Positions 38,043 through 49,150 of a DNA stretch of 64,000 nucleotides are shown here, piece by piece (the first letter of the stretch is position 1; each line of letters starts with the position of its first letter). The translations under genes and the position numbers were made by a program. The stretch covers positions 5,312,001 to 5,376,000 of the forward strand of contig CBDBDQ010000005.1 of NCBI GenBank assembly GCA_965203905.1, written 5' to 3'. Source of the DNA: Spirochaetia bacterium (lineage in GTDB: Bacteria > Spirochaetota > Spirochaetia > SZUA-6 > Bin103). The notes beneath the pieces were generated by a model that did no database searches, had not been told where the DNA came from, and saw only the letters and a program-made list of their open reading frames with translations.

Positions 38043-38527
38043 AACATCGCCTCCAGCCGGCGCCGGATGCGCGGCGGCAGCTCGGCGCGCGGCGCCAGCC
38101 GGTAGCGGTTGCCGTCCACGTCGACCAGCAGCAGCGTCCCATCCGGGAGGTCGCGCAGGTTGGCGTGCTCGTTCTGCACCGTGAACCGGGTCGCCCCGGC
38201 CTCCGTATCGACCTGCCAGTGCGACTGGCCGAAGCGCTCCTCCAGCGCCGTGATGGCGGTGATCCGCGGGGCGAAGTAGCGGCGCCGCAGCTCGCCCTCG
38301 ATCAGCTCGCGGTCGGCGGACGGGAAGGTCTCCAGCGGTGCCAGCAGCCCCAGCTCGGCGCCGGCCGCGTCCCGCACGGCGACCAGGTCGTCCGGCGCCG
38401 AGAACGGGAATGCGCGGTAGAAGTCCACCGGCTCGTGGCGCGTGCCACCGGCCAGCAGCGCCCGCACCAGGTCGCCCTCGGTGCGCTCGAACCGTATCTG
38501 CTCGGGTCCCAGCCGGGAACCAATCAT
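38039..38527 (-). CDS. DUF1854-like protein
   Basis: RAFPFSAPD, ELRRRYFAPRI, WQVDTEAG, VDVDGNRY; coupled to both flanking ABC genes. Confidence 0.8.
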   Translation of the reverse strand: MIGSRLGPEQIRFERTEGDLVRALLAGGTRHEPVDFYRAFPFSAPDDLVAVRDAAGAELGLLAPLETFPSADRELIEGELRRRYFAPRITAITALEERFGQSHWQVDTEAGATRFTVQNEHANLRDLPDGTLLLVDVDGNRYRLAPRAELPPRIRRRLEAMF

Positions 38528-40710
38528 TCGCCAACTCCGATCACGTGCAGCGCCTCCTGCTGGCGCTCCACCAGGCGTTGATAGAAGCCGCCATTGCGCA
38601 TCAGGTGCGCGTGCGGCCCGCTCTCCACGACCCTGCCGCCGGCCAGCACGTAGAGCCGCGCCGCCAGGCGCAGCGTGGACAGCCGATGGGCGATCACCAC
38701 CACCGTGCGGCCGTGCACCAGCCGCTCGATGGCGGCCTGGATGCGCAGCTCGGTCTCGGTGTCCACGCTCGCGGTGGCCTCGTCCAGCAGCAGGATCGGC
38801 GGGTCCAGCAGCAGGGCGCGGGCGATCGCGAGGCGCTGCCGCTGGCCGCCCGACAGGCCGTGGCCACCGGGTCCGAGCTCGGTGTCGTATCCGTCCGGCA
38901 GTTGCAGAATGAAGTCGTGGGCGTCGGCGGCCATGGCGGCGGCCACGATCCGGTCGCGGCCGGCGTCGGGACGGGCGTAGCCGATGTTGGCGGCCACGCT
39001 GCCCAGAAACAGGTAGCTGTCCTGCAGCACCACCCCGATCTGCGCGCCGAGGTCGGCAGCCGCCAGGGAGCGCACGTCGGTTCCGCCGATGCGCACCGCC
39101 CCCTGGTCGGGGTCGTAGAGCCGCGCCAGCAGGTTGATCACCGTGGACTTGCCGGCCCCGGTATGGCCGACCAGGCCGATCATCTCGCCGGGCGCCGCGC
39201 GCAGGCTCACCTCGCGCAGTGCCGGCTGTCCGGGGGTGTAGCTGAACGACACCCGTTCCAGGGCAATTCCGCCCTGATTGGGGGTTATATGCCCCGTACG
39301 GGGCGTTTGCGGTAGGTCGGGCGGGGCGTCGATCAGCGTCAGCAGGCGGCGTGCGGCGGTGGCGACGCGGGCCCAGTCCTGAGCCAGCTCCACCAGCCCT
39401 CCGACCGGCCAGAAGAAGCGCCCGAGGTAGCCGGCGAAGGTCACCAGCACCCCGACGCTCACCTGGTCGCGCGCCACCGCCCAGGCGCCCGCGGCCCACA
39501 CCGCCACCAGCACCAGCTCGGTGACGAGCTGCATCGGTGGCTGGGTGGTCCCTACCATGGCGTCGGCCAGGTAGCCGAGGCGCGCCGCCGCGCGGTTGGG
39601 CGCCGCGAACCGCTCCAACTCGCGTTGCTGGCGGCCGAAGGCGCGTACCACTCGCGCCCCGGTCAGGGAGTCGCTGGTGACGGTGCGCAGCTCCGCCTCG
39701 GCCCGGAACAGGCGGTCGAAGTAGGAGTTGACCTCGGGAATGATGCGCCGGAACACGATGAACAGCAGCGGGAAGGGGAGGATGGCCGCGGCCGCGAGCT
39801 GCCAGTCGAGCGCCAGCATGGCGATCAGCGAGCCCGCCAGGAACAGGCCGCCGGTGAGCGCCGACGGGGCGATGATGTGGAACAGCAGCGCGATGTCGGA
39901 GGCGTCCTGCTCCAGCCGGGTCATCATCTCGCCGGTATGGCGGGCACTGTAGAAGCGCATCGAGAGGCGCTGCAGCGACCCGAACGCGGAGCGCTTGAGG
40001 GTGACCTCCAGGTCGTGGATGAAGGCGGCGTTGGTCCAGCCCCAGGTGACCCTGGCGCCCACCTCGGCCAGCAGCGCCAGCAGGATCAGGCCCACCGCCA
40101 GCAGCAGCCGGCCGGCGAAGCGGCCATCGGGAGCCAGCACCTCGTCGAACAGGAACTGCCCCGCCAGCAGCGGCGCCATCACCGCCGCCCCCGCGCCCGC
40201 GGCCAGCGCCACGGCGATCACCGGCAGGCGCCAGTACTTGCTCGCCGGCATCATGGTGAACAGCCGCGGCAGCACGCGCCCGCCGGCCGCCGGCGTCTCC
40301 TCCGGCGCTGGCTCCGCGTCCGCCTCGTCCGCCGGGACCGCCGCGCGCTCCGGGGCGTCCGGCGCGTCCCGCGCGCCGCTCCGCAGCACCCGATTCGCCG
40401 CCTGCACGAAATCCTCCGCCGCGGCCGCCCGCGCACCGGAGTAGCGCGCCAGCAGCCGCACGCTCCCGGCGCCGTGCGCGGTCAGGCGGCCGCCGCTCAA
40501 GTACCGATGGGTATCCAGGCGGTCGATCTCGTCCGCCGCCAGCAGAGTCACGGCGCCGTCACGGACCAGCGCCACCCCGGCCGGCCCCGCGACCAGCCAG
40601 GCGGTCGTCAGGTGCCCGTCCGGGGTGATGTCCGCGGCGAAGGAAGCGACCGCCTCGAAGTCAGGCTGAACTCGTCTCAGCAGCCGGTTAATGTCGGAGG
40701 GCAGGGTCAC
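38524..40710 (-). CDS. ABC exporter permease/ATPase with an N-terminal extension
   Basis: GHTGAGKST, LSGGQRQR, LLDEATAS, IAHRLST. Confidence 0.9.
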   Translation of the reverse strand: MTLPSDINRLLRRVQPDFEAVASFAADITPDGHLTTAWLVAGPAGVALVRDGAVTLLAADEIDRLDTHRYLSGGRLTAHGAGSVRLLARYSGARAAAAEDFVQAANRVLRSGARDAPDAPERAAVPADEADAEPAPEETPAAGGRVLPRLFTMMPASKYWRLPVIAVALAAGAGAAVMAPLLAGQFLFDEVLAPDGRFAGRLLLAVGLILLALLAEVGARVTWGWTNAAFIHDLEVTLKRSAFGSLQRLSMRFYSARHTGEMMTRLEQDASDIALLFHIIAPSALTGGLFLAGSLIAMLALDWQLAAAAILPFPLLFIVFRRIIPEVNSYFDRLFRAEAELRTVTSDSLTGARVVRAFGRQQRELERFAAPNRAAARLGYLADAMVGTTQPPMQLVTELVLVAVWAAGAWAVARDQVSVGVLVTFAGYLGRFFWPVGGLVELAQDWARVATAARRLLTLIDAPPDLPQTPRTGHITPNQGGIALERVSFSYTPGQPALREVSLRAAPGEMIGLVGHTGAGKSTVINLLARLYDPDQGAVRIGGTDVRSLAAADLGAQIGVVLQDSYLFLGSVAANIGYARPDAGRDRIVAAAMAADAHDFILQLPDGYDTELGPGGHGLSGGQRQRLAIARALLLDPPILLLDEATASVDTETELRIQAAIERLVHGRTVVVIAHRLSTLRLAARLYVLAGGRVVESGPHAHLMRNGGFYQRLVERQQEALHVIGVGE

Positions 40711-40998
40711 GAAGCACGGAACCTACCGCCCCCCGCAGCACGCGGTCAACGCCGGAGTTCACGGTACGCGGGGCATCGCCATCAGGGCCATCCCATGCTG
40801 AACGACCTCTGAATCCCGCGTGGACAAGCGGCGGTGATGGCCCCGACCCCTGCCAGATTCGCTGCTCTCAGGGTACGGGTTCGTTCGCTGTACGACATGT
40901 CCACGAACGGGTGGGTTGCCACCCAACCGCAGCGCGCCGTTCTCCGCCGATACATTGCTGCCACGTCGGCGCCGCGGTGCAGGATTGTGCGACAAGTG

Positions 40999-41195
40999 CC
41001 AAAAAAATGCGCTGAGCACTTGACGGGTTTGGCGCCGCTCGTAGTGGCCCCCTGCCGCCCGGTCCGGCCTTCAAACATCCCGCCACGCCCTCCAGGCCTG
41101 TCAGCACCCCGCCAGCGCCGGCCTACACTCTTTCAGGTGCCGGTCCGGGACTTGCCTAAACCGGGCATTTCTTAGCCATGCTTATATTTGCGCCA
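40999..41195 (+). promoter_or_regulatory. Orphan homologue of the HNH leader element
   Basis: CCAAAAAAATGCG..CACTTGACG..GTTTG..GGCCCC.TG.CG..GGTCC..GGTGCC..CCGGGA..GGCA..CCATG..TATATT, colinear with the reverse complement of 29488-29697. Confidence 0.55.
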
Positions 41196-41257
41196 CGGCT
41201 ACCGATTCTATTTTATCCTGCTCGGTTCTGATTCACTCTGTTCTGAGGAGTTGACAC

Positions 41258-41460
41258 GTGCCTGCACAGTTCCATTCTGGTGCATCACCGACACCGGTCC
41301 TTGATGGCTACCCCGTAATCTTGCGGACGCGAGCGGTGCTGGAGTTGACGGATCTGTCGCGTACTACATTATGGCGACGCGAACGAACTGGCGACTTTCC
41401 AAGGTTAGTCAAGCTCGGAGGTCCGGAATCGCGCGCAGTCGGTTTGGCTGCGTTCGGATT
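41258..41460 (+). pseudogene. alpA: AlpA-family phage regulator/excisionase, 3' end disrupted
   Basis: ILRTRAVLELTDLSRTTLWRRERTGDFPRLVKLG..RAVG, after which similarity is lost. Confidence 0.75.
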
Positions 41461-41609
41461 TAGAACGATAGCTGGAGGCTATGTCGAAGGCGTAAGCCGT
41501 TATCGTGAGGACGCGGGGACCGGAGGGAACCGGACAGGATGCAGCCCCTTCCATCTTAGCCGAGGCGGTCGCAAAAAATGCCCTTGTCGGACGTTAGGAA
41601 ACGGCGAAA

Positions 41610-42104
41610 CTAGTTTTTCTTGCGGCGTCGAATACGACGTCGAGCTCGTTCAAGGAATTCGAGAGAGTCAAGAGCATCAAATATCGGTCTGCTTATAACT
41701 AAGCCGAATCTGGGGGAGTTTTGGTTAGTCTGAAGATCGTCATAGATCCCTATAGCCTTGCGCAATCCCAAGATTTGAGTCCCCGTCATAGCGTCTGACC
41801 TGAAATCAAGAGCTTGCTCTACATATCGTTTTGTCGCGTAAAACAGCTTGTGACGGAAATCCTCTCCAGTCACTATTAAGTGGCCCGTTGGAGCGCGTTG
41901 ATCGGGAACTGATTCTGCGAGTAGCGTGTCTCGATGTGCCTCAATTAATGAGGCGATATACTGGATCTGCCCTCTCCGTTTGCAGAGCAGCGTAAGATAT
42001 TGAATGCCGGATAGAACAATTCCCGCTGAAACACCGATAACGACGCCTTCCAGCAATGCAATCGGATCGACTACGAGGGAAGATAGGAGCTGGTCGTCGG
42101 ACAT
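41610..42104 (-). CDS. Hypothetical protein with an N-terminal transmembrane helix
   Basis: 164-aa ORF in lower-GC DNA; hydrophobic IALLEGVVIGVSAGIVLSGI followed by basic residues. Confidence 0.55.
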   Translation of the reverse strand: MSDDQLLSSLVVDPIALLEGVVIGVSAGIVLSGIQYLTLLCKRRGQIQYIASLIEAHRDTLLAESVPDQRAPTGHLIVTGEDFRHKLFYATKRYVEQALDFRSDAMTGTQILGLRKAIGIYDDLQTNQNSPRFGLVISRPIFDALDSLEFLERARRRIRRRKKN

Positions 42105-42329
42105 GATGGAAGTGTAACAAGGAACGCTGCGCCGGCGTCAAGCTGGAATCCACGCCGCCGCGCCAGCCCGAGCGACAGAACGGCAGTTTAAAGAAGCGGC
42201 TGGGAGGGGTGGGATTGGCTTGGCGCTTTCGCGGGGACAAGGCGATACTGAGACGGTGGCAGAGCTTGTCGACCGCCACGGCAACGAGCCGTCTAGATCT
42301 GCCGAAACCAGATTCGCGGACCAGTCGGA

Positions 42330-43100
42330 CACGCCCAGCGACCAGAATCCCGCCGCCATCTTGAGAGCCTCCACCCGTCCGGGCGCCGCAGCCTGCGCCG
42401 GGAACTCGACCGCGCGGTCGCAATCTTCACTGACTAGGCCGTCACAGATGTGACGGCCTTCGACTGGTCGCAGATAGACCTGCAGCAGGTCGAAAGGCTG
42501 CGCTCGGCTATGGTCGACAGCGACGCCGCAGCCAGTACCGTCAACCACATGCTTTCGGGCGCCCAGAGTATGATGCGCATAGCATGGGAACACGGGCTGG
42601 TAGACGACAAGACGCGGATTCAATATCGAGAACGTACGGAACGAGGAGCCGCAACGGCGTCGGCGTGCAGGACGATACGTCAAACGAAACGAGCTCCGGC
42701 GCCTGTTCGCGGCGGCCCGGAACCGACTTTATCGGCGCCCTTCGATGCAGCCGTGCTCGCTTTGCTCTACGGCGCCGGCCTTCAGCGCTCGGAAGCAGTC
42801 GCGCTGCAGCTCGCGGACTACGATCAGGTGTCCGGGGCCATCACGGTTCGCCACGACGAGCGGCAGGTATACGCAACAAACAGCGGCAAGGAAGCGATCG
42901 AAGCCTGGATATCGCGATCCGTGGCGCCTGGCCGGGCGTTTGGCTATGCCCGGTCGCCAAGGGCGGAAGCATCCAGACGCGGGACATGACCGCTCAGGCC
43001 GTGATGGTGCGAGTGCGCAGCATCGCAGAGCAGGGAGGCGTCGACCCGGTTGCCCCAAACGATCTGCGCCTGACGTACTTGACCGACTTGGCGAGGCAGA
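42330..43100 (+). pseudogene. Tyrosine recombinase remnant, copy 1
   Basis: NPAAI..., STVNHML, DAAVLALLYGAGLQRSEAV, MTAQAV, PNDLRLTY spread over several frames. Confidence 0.8.
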
Positions 43101-43383
43101 AGCGCGAAAGTTGGAGTGTCGCCGGTACTCCAGATTGCTTTCCGACGAACGCCCTCTGGAAATTGAGATTGATACGTCGTGAAAAAACGCCTGTATCGCC
43201 TGGCGACTGTCTATGGTACACAACAGAGTGCAGATGCTAGTCGGACGCGCCACAGCACTTAACCTGCTGCGGTCCCGTGCCGAGATGCTCCGATGTCACT
43301 ACCATGACATTCCGTCCCAGTTGTCGAACGGGCACCTGCTGCACCAACCGGCGCTTCCGTGTACGAAGTCATCCCAACAGCAC

Positions 43384-46300
43384 TTAACTACTCACTCCAG
43401 ACGGTGCGACCTCGTCTAGTGTCGACACCCGGCGCCATATGTGGGATCCAGATACATAAATCTTCCGCACGGACTCAGGGATGTCGTCCGGATCCCGACC
43501 GAAATCGAAATTTCTTTCGCCCCAGACAATCCATACTAGCGCGTAGTCATGCGCCTCGCAATAACTATTCAGGAGACGCTCCTTTATGTAAAGAAGATTA
43601 CCACTCTCAAACCCTACAGGCGATCCAACCGTCATCGATACTCTCTCGCCTTTATCATCGCACCAATCCAGACTGTTGGGTATGGCCCTCAGGTCAAACT
43701 TGTCCGCAAACGTTATAGCTGGAATCGCGCCACCACCAGAATCGTTCACGCAGGAATGATACGCCTCCCATAGATACTCATGAACTGGAATCTCAACAGT
43801 GATTTCCCTACCGGAACCGGTCCGAATGGTACCCAAGTACAACCCTCGAAGATCCTTCGAACCGCGCCACTGTCGCGCCCCCGCGCTCCAGGGCATTTCG
43901 CCAGCGAACGAGTAGTACGACACCGGAGGATCAGGAAGCCAATGGTTTCCAGGATAGCGCCGTGAATGAAGCGCATCTTTCAATTCATGAATGTCGCTCC
44001 TTCGAACGAGAATCGCCTTCAGGAAACCGAACACCTCACGCCTATGGACAACGTTTTTCTTCCGAAGAAAACCGTGGAGGGCTAACCAGTGACCACGTTG
44101 TCCGTTAAGATACTCCGACCTCAGTATTTCATCAGGGACCTTCACTAACGCCCGTTTCGTCCATGCTTCAGGATCTAGAGGTTCACAAGGGAGCCAGCCA
44201 TCGATACTTGTACGAAGCGCTGGCGGCGACCGCGGGAATGACGGATCGATGTCGATATCCGAAAGTCGACCATCATCGACATGAAGTGGCAAACGTCCCT
44301 CCTCGTGTAATCTGCCGGCGGCTTCATAGAAACCGATCCATCCATACTTCTTGGCATACGGATCTAGGTGACTCGGATCTATCCGGCCGGCATACCCGCG
44401 AGACTCGGAAATCTCTCGCTCCGCCTCCTCGAATCGGTCCGCTCGCCATCCGAGGTCCCACACACGGCCCCGAATCCAAGATAGTACTTCCTGGTATCCG
44501 GGATGATCGTAGTCATAGTTCCGACGATCAGGAACCAAGCGGCCGACCGTATAATTCTTGAAATCGAAACCGTATAACAGATCGCCGTCTTCATTCCTCT
44601 TGTCATCAGATAGGATAGGACGGACTCTGTTCGGCATAGTAAAGCGCGAGTTTCGTGCGCACCTGCTCTGACGGAAAGTGTGAGGAAAGTAACGTTCCGT
44701 GATCTCCATTATGCCACGCACGTACTCACGAATCAGGGCATGGCTCGTGGGCTTCGCAGCATTCGCGGTGTAATATGTCGTCCAAACTCTGTCGAGAAAC
44801 CCAATTACACCGTCATCAAGGTCGAGATTCTTGCTAGACTCTGCCATCATCACGCCAAACGTAGCTGCGAGTAAGCGCTCCGGAACATACGGATCGTTCT
44901 CGGTAAGGCTGGACATCGTGAGTTGCAGAAGTGTGCTAAGGTCTCCGCGACCGCACCAATACAGTGCCAAGGTCGCCGTATCGCGAAGACAGCGAGCCGT
45001 GCTAGTAAGAAGCCACTTCGTCCAGACAGCCTGCAGCTGATCCTTTTGTGTGTGAGCATGTTCGCTTCGCCACTGGTCTATATACGAGCGCAGTTGAATC
45101 AGTGTGTTTTCTTCCCGTTTCCTAATCCACTCGGTCCATCTGAGGTCACGATCAGGAACTGAAGTTTCACTGAGGATCTGATTTAGGAATTCGGCATTAA
45201 GCGGATGTGTAGGGACGTCGTGGACCTCAAGGAATCGATCGAATAAGTCCCGCTCGAACCGCGGTAGAGGTAACATTGCTATACGCCCGATCTGGGTCAC
45301 TGTTTCATCGTCCAACAACGAGGCTTCCAGATCGGCCGCGGCCACAATCGCGTCGTGTCGTAGCGTCCCGTTGAGCAGCGTCCAGAGTTGGATCCGGTAC
45401 CTTCGCGGAGTCAAAGCTGATAGGGCTGCGCGGATGTCAGCGGATAGCGGGTGAGCTTGGCTTACAACTGTACCAAGACGTGATAAGACGCAATCATTAG
45501 CAATCCACTCCACAAAATCATCCTGACTCATCCGCCCTAAGAGCTCATCAGCTACGAGAAAGCCGGCGAATGCGTCAAATAGGATCACTGTATGGTGAGC
45601 ACCTTTGTGATCTGTATCTCGGCTGAGGATACCCTCATCGACGAACGCTTGCGCTAAGCTACTCGACCAGTCCTGACTAGTGTCGTGGATCAGGGCGCGG
45701 AGTTCGTCGAACGGTATTGCTCGGCGGCGTGTATCCCATAGAGACCGGGCAATAGATTCTAGCGCGGTGCGAATATCCGACGGGAGTCGCCGTGGGCCGC
45801 CGGGACGCTCTGCAATTCGGATGAGTGCCCGGTCGCGGAATAGACGGAACGCGACGACGAGCGACCCTGGAACCTCCTCGGCTCTCTTCCAACGTACGCG
45901 GTCTGCATTCGTCGCCTCGCAGAAGATTCTCAGGAAAAGAGGATTATTAAAGCGCAGAAGGGGTATATGCAGACCACTGCGATCGATCTTGTAGTAATCG
46001 AAGTATCTGTTAACTGCCTTCGCGGTAAACCGCGAAAATCCTCGCAACATAACCTCCGAAATTCCTTGAGGTAGCGTCATACTCCTCGCCGATGGCCTGA
46101 GCGTCACGACGAGAACGACACTGGGAAAACGCTGCAGTACGACTCTCAGAGTCTCGAGCTCCGACTTCCAAGCTGCAGGATCCTCGGAGTCGGATAGTCC
46201 GTCGATCATCACAGGTAGCCGTGCTCCGGCCCGCACCGCAGCTGACTCCGCAGCATCGAGGACCTCCTCGAACGTGTTCGCCGACAGCCCACGCAAACGT

Positions 46301-47414
46301 GGCACAAGATCATCGACAGTATCCCGCCTCCCAAGCGGCCACGCTTCAAGATAGATCCCGCTCGGACGCCCTTTAGTCTCTGCGGTTAATGATGCTCCAA
46401 GATGTGTTTTTCCGCTCCCAGCTTCACCGACAACTGCGACCAACCTCGTCATGTACGTCCGTCGCATCATTGAGAATCGGCGCCGAACTTGATGGTGCCT
46501 GGAAATCGCTGCCTGCACACCAAACGCGCTTAGATGTCCCGACCGCCTTAGCGCTCGACCAAGACGCCGTCCCCTTGCGCGGGTGAACATAAAGCGGTGC
46601 TCGGCTGTATACTCCTCTGTCAAAGTCAGAAAGTCGAGAAACGCTGATCCCGACATCTTGCACAACTTTGCGTGTGACCGTACCAGGTCGTCCAACAAGA
46701 CGTGCATATCATCTCTGTAACGCTCCTCGATCTCTCCGGTCACTGTCCTCAGCTGCTCGACCGAGACGCCGATGGAACTCTCCAAAACCTGCACCTCAGG
46801 CCAATAGCGTAACTCACCTAGCAATCTCCTAATCTGCTGCTCTACCTCCACCACAACATGCACTTCCGGCATCCAGCGTTCCCGAACGGGAGCAAGCGTC
46901 CGTCTACGCAACTCGCGTAGATCATCGGGGGCCAGCACGAGGTTTCCAAATAGGTCCTACGAAAAATCTCACACTCCCCCACCAAATGTGCCTCTAAATG
47001 TTCCTCCGTCCATAAATGTAACCGCATAGTCGATTTCACAGCATAGAACCACTCTTGATCCGTGGGTGTCAGCGGTCTTCTTGTCCACAAGACCCAATCC
47101 GTAATCCCCGGTACATACTTCTGAGCTTTCTGAATCGCATCCTCGATCTTACTACGGCGACCACTACCAATCTGCCGCCCCGGAGGAAGTCCGTACCAGC
47201 GACACTGCCAACCCCAACACCTTCCCTTTTTGCCAAGAGTCGACGAGTCTGCATCTAGCGTGAGGTGGAACTCCACCCCAGGCTGCATCGCCACCGCGCG
47301 AAACAAACCTAGTGCTCCGAAGCTCCGAATGATGACCGACCGACACAGCCTCTCCCAATTGTCGGCCGGCGAACTAGGCAAACTCTCGAACAAGCCCCAG
47401 TCGAGTGCGCTCAT
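43384..47414 (-). CDS. avs2: Avs2-like STAND NTPase with a putative N-terminal nuclease domain, split by a 1-nt frameshift near 46949
   Basis: N-part WGWQCRWY..WVLWT; C-part Walker A GEAGSGKTHL, IDGL, NPLFLRIFCE, WTEWIR, DPYVPERLLAA, KKYGWIGFYE, DIDPS. Adding one T (TAT TT[T] GGA) joins the two ORFs as RRTYFGNLVLAP. Confidence 0.7.
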
Positions 47415-47429
47415 AGTGAGTCCCGCTTC

Positions 47430-47843
47430 TTAACACTCCGTGTCGTCTGGCGGACCATCGGGAAAGTCGTGAAGCGAGTACACCTCCACGTGAGCGCCTT
47501 TTCCGATTAAGAACTTCAAAAAACCTCCGATATCTAACTCCTCCGTTCGAATCACCACCCGAGACCCCTCAGCTTGCACAGAACTTTGCCTATTCAGTTG
47601 CTCTAGTTCCTCGCCCGACACACTGTGGAGATTCAGTTCCTTCAACACTTCCACAAGCGGTTCGATCGTAAACACTGACATTGGATCGTCGTCAAACTCT
47701 TCGTAATCGAACTCACGCTGAACGACGTCGACGATCTTCAGTATCTCCTGCGCAGCTACCTGCGCATCTCCCGATGAGACGAAGTGGCCTATGAGAACTA
47801 GATTAGAAGAGTGCTCGGCACCAAACCCATACCACACTTTCAT
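47430..47843 (-). CDS. DUF6375-like hypothetical protein
   Basis: MKVWYGFGAEHSSNLVLIGHF...KFLIGKGAHVEVYSLHD; family name is from recall; ATGA-coupled to the radical SAM gene. Confidence 0.65.
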   Translation of the reverse strand: MKVWYGFGAEHSSNLVLIGHFVSSGDAQVAAQEILKIVDVVQREFDYEEFDDDPMSVFTIEPLVEVLKELNLHSVSGEELEQLNRQSSVQAEGSRVVIRTEELDIGGFLKFLIGKGAHVEVYSLHDFPDGPPDDTEC

Positions 47844-48745
47844 TCTACTAAATCCGATCTCCTACCGCGTAGTATAGCGAGTGCGTCTTGAACGGACGAC
47901 CGAATCCTTACCCGCTCACTCGAGAAAGACGACTGACGAAGATTACCTGATGCATCGATGTGCGCGTACGCCGTAAGTCCATCCGAGTCGCTAAACGGAC
48001 TCAATATCGGTATACCCTCGAGCGACGGTGTATCTGACAATGCTATCCGATAATCCTGATTCCGCTTGATCCAATCCAGAAGTCTCTCCCACGTTAATGA
48101 ATGTAACGGCTTCCGGTTCCCAACAGGGCGCTCCGGAAGTAAGAGTAGCTCGACTGCTCCAAGATCAAATATGATCTGCGCTGCCGAGTCTAGATGTTGT
48201 ATCGTTTTGTCGTTCACGACGTAGTTTATTCCGAACGGAGCAATCGTCTTAGCTAGTTTTATTTTCTCGAGAAATGCTGGAAAACTACGGCCTCTGAGCT
48301 GCGCATATGTCTCACCATAGCCATCCATAGATAGACGCAGAAAATGTACAGAGCCGTACAGTTCACTGGCTGTAGCGGATGTAAGGTGATGGCCGTGGGT
48401 CGTGAACGAAACTGCAAGGTTCGTCTCCGTTGAGAGTTTCTTACATATTGCAACAAAATCTGGATGCAGGGTCGGCTCGCCGCCGCCTAGGCCGATACCC
48501 ATGCACCCTCCATCGTCCAGCTCCATCGCCCATCGAATAACGGTTTTAATTGGTAGCCTCCCGATGTGCTTCGGGGCGTAACAAAACGAACATTGGAGAT
48601 CACATGCATTCGTGAGTGCCATTGAGACAAACCGTGGTGCTGGGTGTATTCTAGAATCCGGCACTACGATCTCGTCAAATAGCAGGTTTAATCCGCTGAG
48701 CCGGTCGAATAGATGGACTCCGTTATTATCAAGTCGTATTTTCAT
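47840..48745 (-). CDS. Radical SAM protein
   Basis: TNACDLQCSFCY (CxxxCxxC), GGGEPTLHP, TTHG, LSMDG; probable start MKIRLD at 48745. Confidence 0.88.
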   Translation of the reverse strand: MKIRLDNNGVHLFDRLSGLNLLFDEIVVPDSRIHPAPRFVSMALTNACDLQCSFCYAPKHIGRLPIKTVIRWAMELDDGGCMGIGLGGGEPTLHPDFVAICKKLSTETNLAVSFTTHGHHLTSATASELYGSVHFLRLSMDGYGETYAQLRGRSFPAFLEKIKLAKTIAPFGINYVVNDKTIQHLDSAAQIIFDLGAVELLLLPERPVGNRKPLHSLTWERLLDWIKRNQDYRIALSDTPSLEGIPILSPFSDSDGLTAYAHIDASGNLRQSSFSSERVRIRSSVQDALAILRGRRSDLVE

Positions 48746-48759
48746 TTGTCGATGAGCGG

Positions 48760-49150
48760 CCAGACGGACTGCAGGATCGCGTCGTCTATCCTCAGCCACT
48801 GAGTGACGCTCTTGCTAGACGAAAGAGGCCAGTACGAACCGCTAATGTACGAACCCGGTGGCTTGCTATCTCCGTGCTTCTTAAAAAAGTGAGCGGCCCA
48901 CAACAACAGAGCGTCGCCCAACTGGTCTTGCATCGGAGTCGTGATCCGTAGTTTCGTGCTCAGAGTGGAGTGGACGGCGCAGGAGCGGCACGATCGATTG
49001 ATGTCGTCGGTGCGCTGCCGTGTGGCCGCGGTCGCGAACGACTTGTGACAGCGAGCACGCATCCGCGCTGCCTCTTGCGGCTCGAACGCTTCCAGCAGGA
49101 ACAGGCACCCTAATTCGTTGAACTGCCGTACGTGCTCCTTGCTTAGCACC
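48760..49150 (-). pseudogene. PhyH dioxygenase remnant
   Basis: LSKEHVRQFNELG..LGDALLLWAAHFFKK..SYWPLSSSKSVTQWLRIDDA; the HQD motif and C-terminus are lost. Confidence 0.6.

Noticed and set aside
17-40812. Many long Arg/Ala/Pro-rich or antisense ORFs in the track (e.g. 17-1240, 9056-11110, 14485-16791, 26376-28292)
   Set aside because: Shadow ORFs of high-GC genes, lying opposite or out of frame to motif-bearing CDSs
47840-48745. Radical SAM protein as a prokaryotic viperin
   Set aside because: It has only the generic CxxxCxxC and GGEP motifs; I cannot see viperin-specific features such as the N-terminal NxH and CFCF-type motif
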